A DNA stretch of 36,976 nt from an uncultured Hyphomicrobium sp. (GTDB taxonomy: Bacteria > Pseudomonadota > Alphaproteobacteria > Rhizobiales > Hyphomicrobiaceae), in contig CAYUBZ010000001.1 in NCBI GenBank assembly GCA_964443205.1, positions 1 through 36,976 of the forward strand, written 5' to 3'. The translations under genes were made by a program, and so were the position numbers. The notes below the pieces were generated by a model. The model made no database searches. It was not told where the DNA came from and worked only from the letters and a program-made list of their open reading frames with translations. Positions 17,796 to 26,883 of the stretch are shown piece after piece. Within the stretch, counting starts at the first letter, position 1. Every line of letters begins with the position of its first letter.

Positions 17796-19340
17796 CTACT
17801 TCTTTTTTCCCGGTAGGCCGGGGAATTTCGTCGCGCCCCCCAATCCGGGCAGGCCGCTGCCGAGGCCTGGCAGCTTCCCCAGTCCAGAGAGCCCTTTGGG
17901 AATCTGTTCCTTGAGTTCCTGCGGGAGCTGTTCGAGCGCCCTAGGATCGAGCTTTCCAAGCTCGGCTTGCATGGCGGCCATCTCCGCCTCGCTCGGGGCC
18001 GCGCCTCCGCCTCCGCCCATGAGGCGGTTGAGCATGCCCTTGTTGCGCCCCATGCTCTTCATCATGTCCGCCATCTGCCGGTGCATCTTGATGAGGCGGT
18101 TGACGTCCTCGACCTTGGTGCCGGAACCGGCTGCGATGCGCCGCTTGCGCCGGGCATCGAGCACCTTGGGGTTGCGGCGCTCCTTTGGCGTCATCGAGGT
18201 GATGATGGCGTGCTGACGCTTGAGGATTCCATCGCTGAGATTGGCGTCGGCGATCTGCGATTTGATCTTGCCCATGCCGGGCATCATGCCGAGCACGCCC
18301 GACATGCCGCCAATCTTCTGCATCTGACTCAACTGCTCAGCCATGTCGTCGAGATCGAAGGCGCCCTTCTTCATCTTCTGGGCGATCTTCTGGGCCTTCT
18401 CCACGTCGATGGTCTGCGCGGCCTTCTCAACCAGCGAGACAACGTCGCCCATGCCGAGGATGCGCGAGGCGACGCGTGCCGGGTGGAAGTCCTCCAGCGC
18501 GTCCCACTTCTCGCCGACGCCCAACAGCTTGATGGGCTTGCCGGTGACGGCCCGCATGGAGAGCGCGGCACCGCCGCGCGCATCGCCGTCGGCGCGCGTG
18601 AGCACGATTCCGGTGATGCCGATGCGGGAATCGAACGCCTTGGCGACGTTGACGGCGTCCTGGCCGGTCAGGCTGTCGGCGACGAGCAGGGTCTCGTGCG
18701 GGTGGGCGATATCGCGGATGTCTGCCGTCTCTGCCATCAGGGCTTCATCGATGTGGATGCGGCCCGCGGTGTCGAGCATGACCACGTCGTAGCCGCCGAG
18801 GCGGGCGGCATCGAGCGCGCGGCGCGCGATCTGCTGCGGCGTCTGGCCGGCGATGACGGGGAGCGTGTCGACGGCGGTCTGCTCGCCGAGCACGCGCAGC
18901 TGCTCCTGGGCTGCCGGCCGGCGCGTATCGAGCGAGGCCATCAGCACTTTCTTCTTATCGCGATCGGCAAGTCGCTTGGCGATTTTGGCCGTGGTCGTCG
19001 TTTTGCCCGAGCCCTGCAGGCCGACCAGCATGATGGCGACCGGCGGGGCCGCGTGGAGATCGATGGGGACCGCGTCCGAGCCCAACATGGCGACGAGCTC
19101 GTCGTGCACAATCTTCACGACCATCTGGCCGGGCGTCACGGAGCGCACGACGTCCTGGCCGACCGCCTTTGCCTTGACCGCGTCGGTGAAGCCCTTGACG
19201 ACGTCGAGCGCCACGTCGGCCTCGAGCAGGGCGCGCCGCACCTCGCGCATCGCCTCGCCGACGTCGCTCTCAGAGAGCGCGCCGCGCCGCGTCAGCTTGT
19301 CGAGGACGCCAGAGAGGCGGTCTGACAGCGATTGAAACAT
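17796..19340 (-). CDS. ffh: Signal recognition particle protein Ffh
   Basis: ALLEADVAL, GLQGSGKTT, DTAGR, DGDARGGAALS and Met-rich M domain with SMTPKER. Confidence 0.98.
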   Translation of the reverse strand: MFQSLSDRLSGVLDKLTRRGALSESDVGEAMREVRRALLEADVALDVVKGFTDAVKAKAVGQDVVRSVTPGQMVVKIVHDELVAMLGSDAVPIDLHAAPPVAIMLVGLQGSGKTTTTAKIAKRLADRDKKKVLMASLDTRRPAAQEQLRVLGEQTAVDTLPVIAGQTPQQIARRALDAARLGGYDVVMLDTAGRIHIDEALMAETADIRDIAHPHETLLVADSLTGQDAVNVAKAFDSRIGITGIVLTRADGDARGGAALSMRAVTGKPIKLLGVGEKWDALEDFHPARVASRILGMGDVVSLVEKAAQTIDVEKAQKIAQKMKKGAFDLDDMAEQLSQMQKIGGMSGVLGMMPGMGKIKSQIADANLSDGILKRQHAIITSMTPKERRNPKVLDARRKRRIAAGSGTKVEDVNRLIKMHRQMADMMKSMGRNKGMLNRLMGGGGGAAPSEAEMAAMQAELGKLDPRALEQLPQELKEQIPKGLSGLGKLPGLGSGLPGLGGATKFPGLPGKKK

Positions 19341-19364
19341 GCGTACCTACGTCCGCTCGCACAA

Positions 19365-19415
19365 AACGAAAACGCACCCGCGGGCGCAACGCGCTGGCGG
19401 GTGGTGACCCCCCTG
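19365..19415 (-). ncRNA. Alphaproteobacterial ffh leader RNA motif (cis-regulatory)
   Basis: Minus strand GGGGGGTCACCACCCGCCAGCGCGTTGCGCCCGCGGGTGCGTTTT forms a CACCCG/CGGGTG stem with an internal loop and a GCGC/GCGC apical stem. It lies directly 5' of ffh, and TTGACA is at 19504-19509. Confidence 0.7.
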
Positions 19416-19519
19416 CCTTCCGGATCGCTCCACTGGCAGGGCGGCGGCTCTGGTGTCAGAACCGTCTTGAGTGGCGCGGACAATGCCTCTAAGGCGCCCG
19501 CGCTGTCAACCTGGCCGGA

Positions 19520-19708
19520 TTACCGGCCTCGCGTCCGTTGCCGGCGGCGGGTTTGGCGCTTCCATTGACGGACGATACGGCCGACGCGGCGCAGAGCGCG
19601 CCGCTCCGGCGGCGTCAGGCAGATGCAGCCGGGGCAGCGGCAGGGGCGTGGCGCGACGAAGGACAGCTCGAGGAGCCGGCGGCTCGATTTGGACAGAGGG
19701 GTAGGCAT
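19520..19708 (-). CDS. Candidate 62-aa basic mini-protein with a CxCxxCxC motif
   Basis: GAGG 7 nt before ATG; MPTPLSKSSRRLLELSFVAPRPCRCPGCICLTPPERRALRR...; fills an otherwise empty gap. Confidence 0.35.
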   Translation of the reverse strand: MPTPLSKSSRRLLELSFVAPRPCRCPGCICLTPPERRALRRVGRIVRQWKRQTRRRQRTRGR

Positions 19709-19961
19709 GGTGTGGCCTCGAAGTTGGGAACGCACTATGCCGCGCGAGTTGGAACCTGCAAATGACGCCGGTCAAGGCAGGCAGTCGGTGCGTCCACTCC
19801 CAAACGCGCCAAGGGTGCCATTCGTTCGGGCATGGCCCTCAGGGGTGAGGCGCTTCCGACGGCCCCACAAGAGGCGGCGAGAAGTCCGGGCAGTTGCAAA
19901 AAGTTCACGCGTTTAGTGCTTCGATACCAGCTCCAGCTCGCCGAATCCGGAGCATTTGCCG

Positions 19962-20648
19962 ATGTCCCAAAGCTTCGTGAGCGTTCTCGCCTACGCGCTC
20001 ATACCCTCCATAGGCATCCTCGCCGGCAGCGTGATCTCCGTTGCAGCAGCGCCCGCGGCGAGGATGATCAGTGCGTTCCAGCATTTTGCTGCCGGCGTTG
20101 TGTTCGCCGCCGTGGCAGTCGAGCTGCTGCCACAGCTAGAAAGCCTGGCCTCGCCGATTTCGATGGTGATCGGATTCTGCCTCGGGGTCGCCGCGATGTT
20201 CGCCACCAAGGCGCTGTTTGCGAACATTGGCATTATCGTTCCGGTGGCGATCGATCTTTTTATCGATGGCGTGCTGATTGCGATCGGTTTCGCGGCCGGC
20301 GTGAAGGGCGGCATAGTTCTGCTGCTCGGCCTAACCCTGGAAACCGTTTCGCTGGGACTGTCGTCGGCTCCCGCCCTCGCGCGCTCCGGCATGCCGGGTT
20401 CGCGGGTGGTTTTCTGGATGGGAGCGGGTGGCATCGTTGTTCTTCTGGGGGCAGCAGTCGGCTACGCCGTCGTAGGATTGTCGGGGAGCTTCCTCGCTGG
20501 AATTCTCGGTTTCGGCGTTGCGTCGCTGCTTTACCTGGTGACCGAGGAGTTGCTGGCCGAGGCACACGAGGTGCCGGAGACGCCCCTCATCGCCTCGACG
20601 TTCTTTGCCGGGTTCCTGCTGCCGCTCGTCATGGCGGCTTTCGAGTGA
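19962..20648 (+). CDS. ZIP (ZupT/GufA-like) divalent metal transporter, atypical
   Basis: GGAG RBS; QHFAAGVVFAAVAVELLP, AIDLFIDG, LTLE and LLYLVTEELLAEAHE motifs; about 8 TM segments. Confidence 0.8.
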   Translation: MSQSFVSVLAYALIPSIGILAGSVISVAAAPAARMISAFQHFAAGVVFAAVAVELLPQLESLASPISMVIGFCLGVAAMFATKALFANIGIIVPVAIDLFIDGVLIAIGFAAGVKGGIVLLLGLTLETVSLGLSSAPALARSGMPGSRVVFWMGAGGIVVLLGAAVGYAVVGLSGSFLAGILGFGVASLLYLVTEELLAEAHEVPETPLIASTFFAGFLLPLVMAAFE

Positions 20649-20672
20649 AATTATGGTCGCGCGCCGGCTCGC

Positions 20673-21827
20673 CTACTTCGCCGGTGTGATGCGCAGCACC
20701 TCACCTGAGTCGTCGGTGAGCACCCAGAGCGCCCCGTCGGGGCCGGAGCGCACGTCGCGGATGCGTTTGCCCTCATCGCCCAAAAGCTCCTCGGCGGCCA
20801 CCACATCGTCGCCGTCGAAGATGAGCCGCTCGATGTGTTGGCCGGCGAGTCCGCCCACGAAGGCGTTGCCCTTCCAGTCGGGAAAGAGATCGCCTTCGTA
20901 GAAGGCGAGCCCGGACGTGGCGATCGACGGCACCCAGTAGTAGACAGGCTGCTCCATGCCTTCCTTGGCCGTGATGCCCTCGCCGATCTTCTCACCACTG
21001 TAGTCGATGCCGTAGGTGATAATGGGCCAACCGTAGTTCTTGCCCTTCTCGGGACGATTGAGCTCATCGCCGCCGCGGGCGCCGTGTTCGACAATGTAGA
21101 GCTGCCCCGTCTCCGGGCGCAGGGCCGCACCTTGCATATTGCGGTGGCCAATGGACCAGACCTCCGGCGCCCAGCCCGGAAGCTTGGGATTGTCGTCGGG
21201 AATGGTGCCGTCGGGATTGATGCGGATGACCTTGCCGAGGTCGTTGCCCGGGTTCTGCGCTTGCTGGCGTCCGAAGTTGCGCTCGCCCGTGGTGATGAAG
21301 AGCGTGCCGTCGCGGGCCCAAACGAGCCGCGAACCGAAATGATAGGGACTCTTGAACGCTGGCTCCTGCCGGAAGATGACCTTCACGTCCTCGAGCTTGC
21401 CGCCGTCCTTGTCCAGAACGAGCTTGGCGCGCGCCACGCTAGTGCCGTTCTTTCCCTCAGCCCGCGGCTCGCCATAGGAGAAGTAGATCGTTCCGCTGGT
21501 TTCGAAATCCGGCGCGAGCAGCACGTCGAGCAGGCCGCCCTGACCCACCGCCGCCACCTCCGGCACGCCGGCGATGGGCTCGGACAGCTTTCCGTCCTTG
21601 GAGACGAGCCGCATGCGGCCTGGGCGCTCGGTCACGAGCAGGCGCCCGTCGGGCAGAAACTGCAGGCCCCAAGGGTGATCGAGGCCGTCGGCGAAGGTCT
21701 TCACCTTGATTTTGCTCGCCTTGGCAGGGGCCGGTGCGTCGGTGATCACCGCCGCAGCGGGCCCCGCTGCAAGAATAAGCGTCCCGGCGAGGGCGGCGCC
21801 CGCGATCCGTTGGGAATATTTCAGCAT
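20673..21827 (-). CDS. PQQ-dependent sugar (glucose/sorbosone) dehydrogenase, YliI-like
   Basis: Signal peptide, LDHPWGLQFLPDG, VTERPG, GQGGLLD, HFGSRL, GHRNMQG, HGARGGDELN, NYGWP and RIRDV motifs. Confidence 0.92.
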   Translation of the reverse strand: MLKYSQRIAGAALAGTLILAAGPAAAVITDAPAPAKASKIKVKTFADGLDHPWGLQFLPDGRLLVTERPGRMRLVSKDGKLSEPIAGVPEVAAVGQGGLLDVLLAPDFETSGTIYFSYGEPRAEGKNGTSVARAKLVLDKDGGKLEDVKVIFRQEPAFKSPYHFGSRLVWARDGTLFITTGERNFGRQQAQNPGNDLGKVIRINPDGTIPDDNPKLPGWAPEVWSIGHRNMQGAALRPETGQLYIVEHGARGGDELNRPEKGKNYGWPIITYGIDYSGEKIGEGITAKEGMEQPVYYWVPSIATSGLAFYEGDLFPDWKGNAFVGGLAGQHIERLIFDGDDVVAAEELLGDEGKRIRDVRSGPDGALWVLTDDSGEVLRITPAK

Positions 21828-21883
21828 TAAGGGCGAACCTCTGTTCGATTGTCTTTTGGGGCTCTGGCGCCATATATGGGCTG

Positions 21884-22750
21884 ATGAATGGTTCCGCCAC
21901 CATCCCCTTCCGCAAGATGAACGGGCTCGGCAACGATTTCGTGGTGCTCGATGCGCGCGCGCGCTCTCTCCAACTGACACCCGACGAGGTCCGCCGCATC
22001 AGCGATCGATCACGCGGCACCGGCTGCGATCAGGTCATCGTGCTTGAGCCTTCGAGCAAGGCCGACGTGTTCATGCGCATTTTTAATGCGGACGGGTCCG
22101 AGGTCGGGGCCTGCGGGAACGCCGCGCGCTGCGTCGCGCTCTTGGTGGTGCAAGCGACCGGCCGGCCCGAGGTCACGATCGAGACGAGCGCGGGGCTGCT
22201 GCGCGCCGAGGTGGAAAGCGCGGATCGCATCACCATCGATATGGGCGAGCCGCGGTTTGCCTGGGACGAAATCCCGCTCGCGGAGCCATTCCACGATACG
22301 ACCGGCATCGAGCTGCAGATCGGGCCGATCGACGCCCCCGTCCTGCATTCGCCTTCGGTCGTCAACGTCGGCAATCCGCACGCGATCTTCTGGGTTGAAA
22401 ACGTCGATGCCCACGATCTCGGCCGCCTCGGCCCGCTTCTAGAGAGCCACCCGGTCTTTCCCGAGCGCGCCAACATCTCGCTTGCCCAGGTCACCTCGCG
22501 CGAAGGGCTGCGCCTAAGGACTTGGGAGCGGGGCGCCGGCCTTACCAAGGCGTGCGGCACGGCGGCCTGTGCGGCAGCCGTTGCCGCAGCACGCAAAAAG
22601 CTCACCGGGCGCCAAGTGAGCGTGGAGCTGCTCGGCGGTCGGCTCTTTATCAATTGGACAACGGACGGCCATATCTTGATGTGCGGCCCAGCCGAGCTCG
22701 AGTTCGAGGGGACGCTGGAGGGTGAGACTCTGTCGCGTGCGCCAGCCTAG
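21884..22750 (+). CDS. dapF: Diaminopimelate epimerase
   Basis: KMNGLGNDF, NADGSEVGACGN, VGNPH and WERGAGLTKACGTAAC motifs. Confidence 0.97.
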   Translation: MNGSATIPFRKMNGLGNDFVVLDARARSLQLTPDEVRRISDRSRGTGCDQVIVLEPSSKADVFMRIFNADGSEVGACGNAARCVALLVVQATGRPEVTIETSAGLLRAEVESADRITIDMGEPRFAWDEIPLAEPFHDTTGIELQIGPIDAPVLHSPSVVNVGNPHAIFWVENVDAHDLGRLGPLLESHPVFPERANISLAQVTSREGLRLRTWERGAGLTKACGTAACAAAVAAARKKLTGRQVSVELLGGRLFINWTTDGHILMCGPAELEFEGTLEGETLSRAPA

Positions 22751-22895
22751 CGGCCGCCCAAGTTGTCGAGTATGACCGGCCCACAGAATTCGGGCGAGAC
22801 ATCGCCGGACCGCAAGGCTTCCCAAATGCGGCCGAGGGTGTCTTGTTCGTTCTTATGAGGATCTGGCCCGCTGGCCGCATGATGTTAAGGAAAGA

Positions 22896-24152
22896 ATGGC
22901 CGACCCTCTCATCATAACGCTCGGCTGTCGGCTCAATGCCTATGAGTCGGAGGTGATGCGCAAGAACGCGGCCGAGGCCGGCTTGAACGATGCCGTCATC
23001 GTCAACACGTGCGCGGTGACTGCCGAGGCGGTGCGCCAGGCGACGCAGACGATCCGCAAGTTGCGTCGCGAGCACGCCGACGCCCGCATCATCGTGACCG
23101 GCTGTGCGGCGCAGGTGGAGCCGGAGCGCTTTTCAGCCCTCGCCGAGGTCGACCACGTCATCGGCAACGCCGAGAAGCTAAGGGCGGAAACGTTTCGCGG
23201 ATTGTCGACGGCAGGCTCGGAGCGGGTGCAGGTCAACGACATCATGAGCGTGCGCGAGACTGCCGGTCATCTCATCGACGGCTTCGGCGCACGCGCGCGC
23301 GCCTACGTGCAGGTGCAAAACGGCTGCGATCATCGCTGCACCTTCTGCATTATTCCCTTCGGTCGAGGACCGTCGCGGTCGGTGCCGGCCGGCGAGGTCG
23401 TCGCCCAAATCCGCCGCCTGGTGGAGAGCGGCTGCCACGAGGTCGTGCTGACGGGCGTGGACATCACCGCCTACGGTGAGGGCCTGCCAGGATCGATGAC
23501 GCTCGGGGCGCTGGTGCGTCAAATCCTGAAGCACGTGCCCGAGCTGGAGCGGCTGCGGCTTTCCTCCATTGATCAGGTGGAGGCGGACGAGCACCTCATG
23601 CGTGCGATTGCCGAGGAGGAGCGCCTGATGCCGCACCTGCATCTTTCCATGCAGGCAGGCGACGACATGGTCTTGAAGCGGATGAAGCGACGTCACAGCC
23701 GCGCCGATGCGGTGCGGTTCTGCGACGACGTGCGCCGGTTGCGCCCCGATGTGGTGTTCGGCGCCGATCTCATCGCGGGCTTCCCGACCGAGACCGACGA
23801 GATGTTCACAAATTCATTGAGCGTCGTCGACGCATGCGGCCTGACCTATCTGCACGTGTTCCCCTATTCGGCCCGCGCTGGCACGCCGGCTGCGCGCATG
23901 CCGCAAGTGGCGCGTTCCGTCGTCAAGGAGCGGGCGGCGCGTCTCAGGGAGAAGGGCGCCGGCGCACTGTCGCGATTCCTCGCCGCGCAGGCCGGCTCGG
24001 AGGTCGAGGTCCTGATGGAACGCGACGGCGTCGGGCGCACGCGCCACTATGCAGAAATCCGTCTGCCTGCCGCGGTGGGATCCGGAGCGCTTCTGCGCGC
24101 CAGAGTCGACGGGCACGACGGCACGCGGCTTTCCGGCGAGGTGTTGGCGTGA
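22896..24152 (+). CDS. mtaB: tRNA methylthiotransferase MtaB (radical SAM)
   Basis: TLGCRLNAYES, VNTCAVT, VTGCAAQ and CDHRCTFC; located between dapF and ftsY. Confidence 0.93.
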   Translation: MADPLIITLGCRLNAYESEVMRKNAAEAGLNDAVIVNTCAVTAEAVRQATQTIRKLRREHADARIIVTGCAAQVEPERFSALAEVDHVIGNAEKLRAETFRGLSTAGSERVQVNDIMSVRETAGHLIDGFGARARAYVQVQNGCDHRCTFCIIPFGRGPSRSVPAGEVVAQIRRLVESGCHEVVLTGVDITAYGEGLPGSMTLGALVRQILKHVPELERLRLSSIDQVEADEHLMRAIAEEERLMPHLHLSMQAGDDMVLKRMKRRHSRADAVRFCDDVRRLRPDVVFGADLIAGFPTETDEMFTNSLSVVDACGLTYLHVFPYSARAGTPAARMPQVARSVVKERAARLREKGAGALSRFLAAQAGSEVEVLMERDGVGRTRHYAEIRLPAAVGSGALLRARVDGHDGTRLSGEVLA

Positions 24153-25159
24153 GCGAGCGCGGCACCAAGGTTCAAAGGCCTCACGGCGGGCTGTGGGGCG
24201 CAAAGCCCGCAGGCGAGCCGGCTCCGCCGGCGTCGACTGCCAGACCCGGCGGCTGGTTCGGCCGGCTCACGAAGGGGCTCGGCAAGACCTCGACCAAGCT
24301 CTCCGACGGCATTACGGGGCTCTTCACGAAGCGCAAGCTGGGCGAGGACACGCTCGCCGATCTCGAGGACGTCCTGATCGAAGCCGACCTGGGGCTCGAA
24401 ACGGCCGAGCGCATCATCGCCACGCTCGGCAAGGGCCGCTACGACAAGGGCATCGAGGCCGAGGACGTGCGCGTCGTCTTGAAGGCCGAGGTCGCGCGCG
24501 CTCTGGCGCCCGTCGCCCAGCCCCTTGTGATCGACGCCGCCCACAAGCCGCATGTCATCCTGGTCATCGGCGTCAACGGCACGGGCAAGACGACGACCAT
24601 CGGCAAGCTTGCCGCGCAGCTCTCGCACGAGGGCAAGACGGTGATGCTCGCCGCCGGCGATACGTTCCGCGCCGCGGCCATCGATCAGCTCAAGATCTGG
24701 GGCGAGCGCACGGGCGCAACCGTCGTCTCCGGCGAGGTTGGAGCGGACGCGGCGGGGCTTGCCTACGACGCGCTCACGCAAGCGCGCGCCGGCGCCGCCG
24801 ACGTTCTGCTCGTCGATACCGCTGGGCGGCTGCAGAACAAGGAAGGGCTCATGGAGGAGCTCGCAAAAGTCATCCGCGTGTTGCGCAAGGTCGATCCGAC
24901 GGCGCCTCACGACGTGCTGTTGGTGCTCGATGCGACGACCGGCCAGAATGCGCTGGCGCAGGTGGACGTCTTTCGCGAGCGCGCCGGCGTCACCGGCCTC
25001 ATCATGACCAAGCTCGACGGCACGGCGCGAGGGGGGATTCTGGTGGCGATCTCGGCAAAACATGGCCTGCCGGTCCGCGCGATCGGCGTCGGCGAAGGGG
25101 TCGACGACCTGCAGCCGTTCGATCCAGCGGAATTTGCACAAGCCATTGCGGGCGGCTAG
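24149..25159 (+). CDS. ftsY: SRP receptor FtsY
   Basis: GTG start overlaps the mtaB TGA; GVNGTGKTTT, DTFRAAA, DTAGRLQN and TKLDGTARGG motifs. Confidence 0.97.
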   Translation: MSERGTKVQRPHGGLWGAKPAGEPAPPASTARPGGWFGRLTKGLGKTSTKLSDGITGLFTKRKLGEDTLADLEDVLIEADLGLETAERIIATLGKGRYDKGIEAEDVRVVLKAEVARALAPVAQPLVIDAAHKPHVILVIGVNGTGKTTTIGKLAAQLSHEGKTVMLAAGDTFRAAAIDQLKIWGERTGATVVSGEVGADAAGLAYDALTQARAGAADVLLVDTAGRLQNKEGLMEELAKVIRVLRKVDPTAPHDVLLVLDATTGQNALAQVDVFRERAGVTGLIMTKLDGTARGGILVAISAKHGLPVRAIGVGEGVDDLQPFDPAEFAQAIAGG

Positions 25160-25230
25160 CCAATAGGGGAAGTCGGCTCGAATGGGTGAAAATCAACAAA
25201 TGTTAACGGTGGAAGGGTGATCTCGAGTAC

Positions 25231-25992
25231 ATGAGCGCATTAAAGCGATTTATGCCTTTCAACCTCGAGCAGACGGTGAACATCGCGAGCGAGTTCGGCC
25301 CACTCGTGTTGATGTTCCTTGTCAATGCGATGTACGGCATTGCGGCGGGCACCTGGGCACTCATCATCTCCACCGTGGTGGCGATCGTGGCGATGTTGAT
25401 CGTCCTGCGCCGTTTGCCCGTCTTTCCGCTGATCGCCTCCACCGTGACCGTGGTGTTCGGCGGCCTCACGATCATAACCCACGACGCCATGTGGGTGCAG
25501 ATCAAGGTGACGATCTTCAATGCAATGTTTGCGGCGTTCCTGTTTGGCGGGCTGTGGCTCGATAGAAACTTCTTCAAGTATGTTTTCGAGAAGACGTTTC
25601 ACTACACCAAGGAAGGTTGGGACAAGTTCACGTGGAGCTTCGCGTGGTTCTTCGTCTTCACGGCCTTCGCCAACGAGTTTGTGCGTCTGACGTTCAAGGA
25701 CGAGCAAATATACAACGTCCTGAGCTTGGAGATGGACGGCGTCGGGATCTGGATTGCGTTCAAGGTTGCGCTCATTATGCCGCTGTCGGCGTTCTACGCC
25801 TGGTACTTGACGCGCATCATGCAGCGCTACCGTATCCCCGATGAGAAGCCGGTGGCGCTGCCGGCACCCACGCCAAGAACGCCCACGGTCAAGATGGCCG
25901 GTGCGCCGTGCTCCGGCACTGCGCAGGTCAAATCGGTTCCCGTCGAAGGCAAACCGGCGCGTTCGGGATCGCCGGAAGTCAAGCTCGGTTAG
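25231..25992 (+). CDS. YciB/IspZ-family inner membrane protein, divergent paralogue 1
   Basis: EFGPLVLMF, FGGLT, IKVTIFN, NEFVR and WIAFKV motifs; extra loop and Pro-rich tail. Confidence 0.85.
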   Translation: MSALKRFMPFNLEQTVNIASEFGPLVLMFLVNAMYGIAAGTWALIISTVVAIVAMLIVLRRLPVFPLIASTVTVVFGGLTIITHDAMWVQIKVTIFNAMFAAFLFGGLWLDRNFFKYVFEKTFHYTKEGWDKFTWSFAWFFVFTAFANEFVRLTFKDEQIYNVLSLEMDGVGIWIAFKVALIMPLSAFYAWYLTRIMQRYRIPDEKPVALPAPTPRTPTVKMAGAPCSGTAQVKSVPVEGKPARSGSPEVKLG

Positions 25993-26027
25993 GACAACCA
26001 AGAGTTCGCAAGGGGGCGAGGAGCGAG

Positions 26028-26615
26028 ATGGCAAACGAGGCAAGCACAAAACCGGCCGAGACACCGTCAGCCGGTGCTCAGATCCTGAAGCTCCTCGTCG
26101 AGGTCGGGCCGCTGGTGGTATTCTTTCTGGTAAACGCGCGCGCGGGCATCTTCTGGGGAACCGGCACCTTCATGGTGGCGACGATGGTCTCGCTCGCAGC
26201 GTCCCGCATTCTGTTCGGGCGCATCCCCGTCATGCCGCTGGTGACCGGCGTCTGCGTCATGGTGTTCGGCGGGCTGACGCTGTGGTTGCAGGACGAGCAC
26301 TTCATCAAGATCAAGCCGACCATCGTGAATTCGCTTTTTGCGGGCGCGTTGTTCATCGGGCTTTTCTACGGGCAATCACTGTTGCGGATCGTGTTCGGGG
26401 AGGTGTTCCGGCTGACCGAGGAAGGCTGGCGCAAGCTGACGCTGCGCTGGGCCTGCTTCTTCGTTTTCCTCGCCGTGCTGAATGAGATCGTATGGCGGTC
26501 GTTCTCGACCGACGTCTGGGTGAGCTTCAAGGTGTTCGGCATCATGCCGCTGACGATGGCGTTCGCCGTCGCCCAGATCGGGCTCTTGCGGCAGTACGAA
26601 TTGCCTAGCGAGTGA
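26028..26615 (+). CDS. yciB: YciB/IspZ intracellular septation protein (canonical copy)
   Basis: EVGPLVVFF, FGGLTLWLQDEHFIKIKPTIVN, LNEIVWR and WVSFKVFG motifs; GAGGAG RBS. Confidence 0.93.
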   Translation: MANEASTKPAETPSAGAQILKLLVEVGPLVVFFLVNARAGIFWGTGTFMVATMVSLAASRILFGRIPVMPLVTGVCVMVFGGLTLWLQDEHFIKIKPTIVNSLFAGALFIGLFYGQSLLRIVFGEVFRLTEEGWRKLTLRWACFFVFLAVLNEIVWRSFSTDVWVSFKVFGIMPLTMAFAVAQIGLLRQYELPSE

Positions 26616-26883
26616 GCCGATCGTTCGACAGATAGTCGTTATACGGAAACTCAGTCATCCAAGTATTACGCGACAATATCTTGCGAATTGTTGGCGCCAA
26701 GAGTTGTTTTTCTCTAGACGAGCGATGAAAACTGGTATTTTCTCCAAATCGAACCGTAACCTTTTCCTCTCCGGCAAAGGTGAGGCCCGGGGGGTCGATG
26801 CGTCGTCCATTAGAGCCACGCTTCGATCGGGTCCTACCTTACCTTCACCAATGACAATCATGGCACGGCACAGGGCACGCGAC

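Noticed and set aside
17967-19325. 452-aa ORF antisense to ffh (similar ones lie over ftsK, amtB, ubiH-like and ftsY)
   Set aside because: Shadow frames caused by codon bias.
25192-25207. Possible CtrA box before the first yciB
   Set aside because: Only one good half-site (ATCA-N7-TTAAC); too weak to call.
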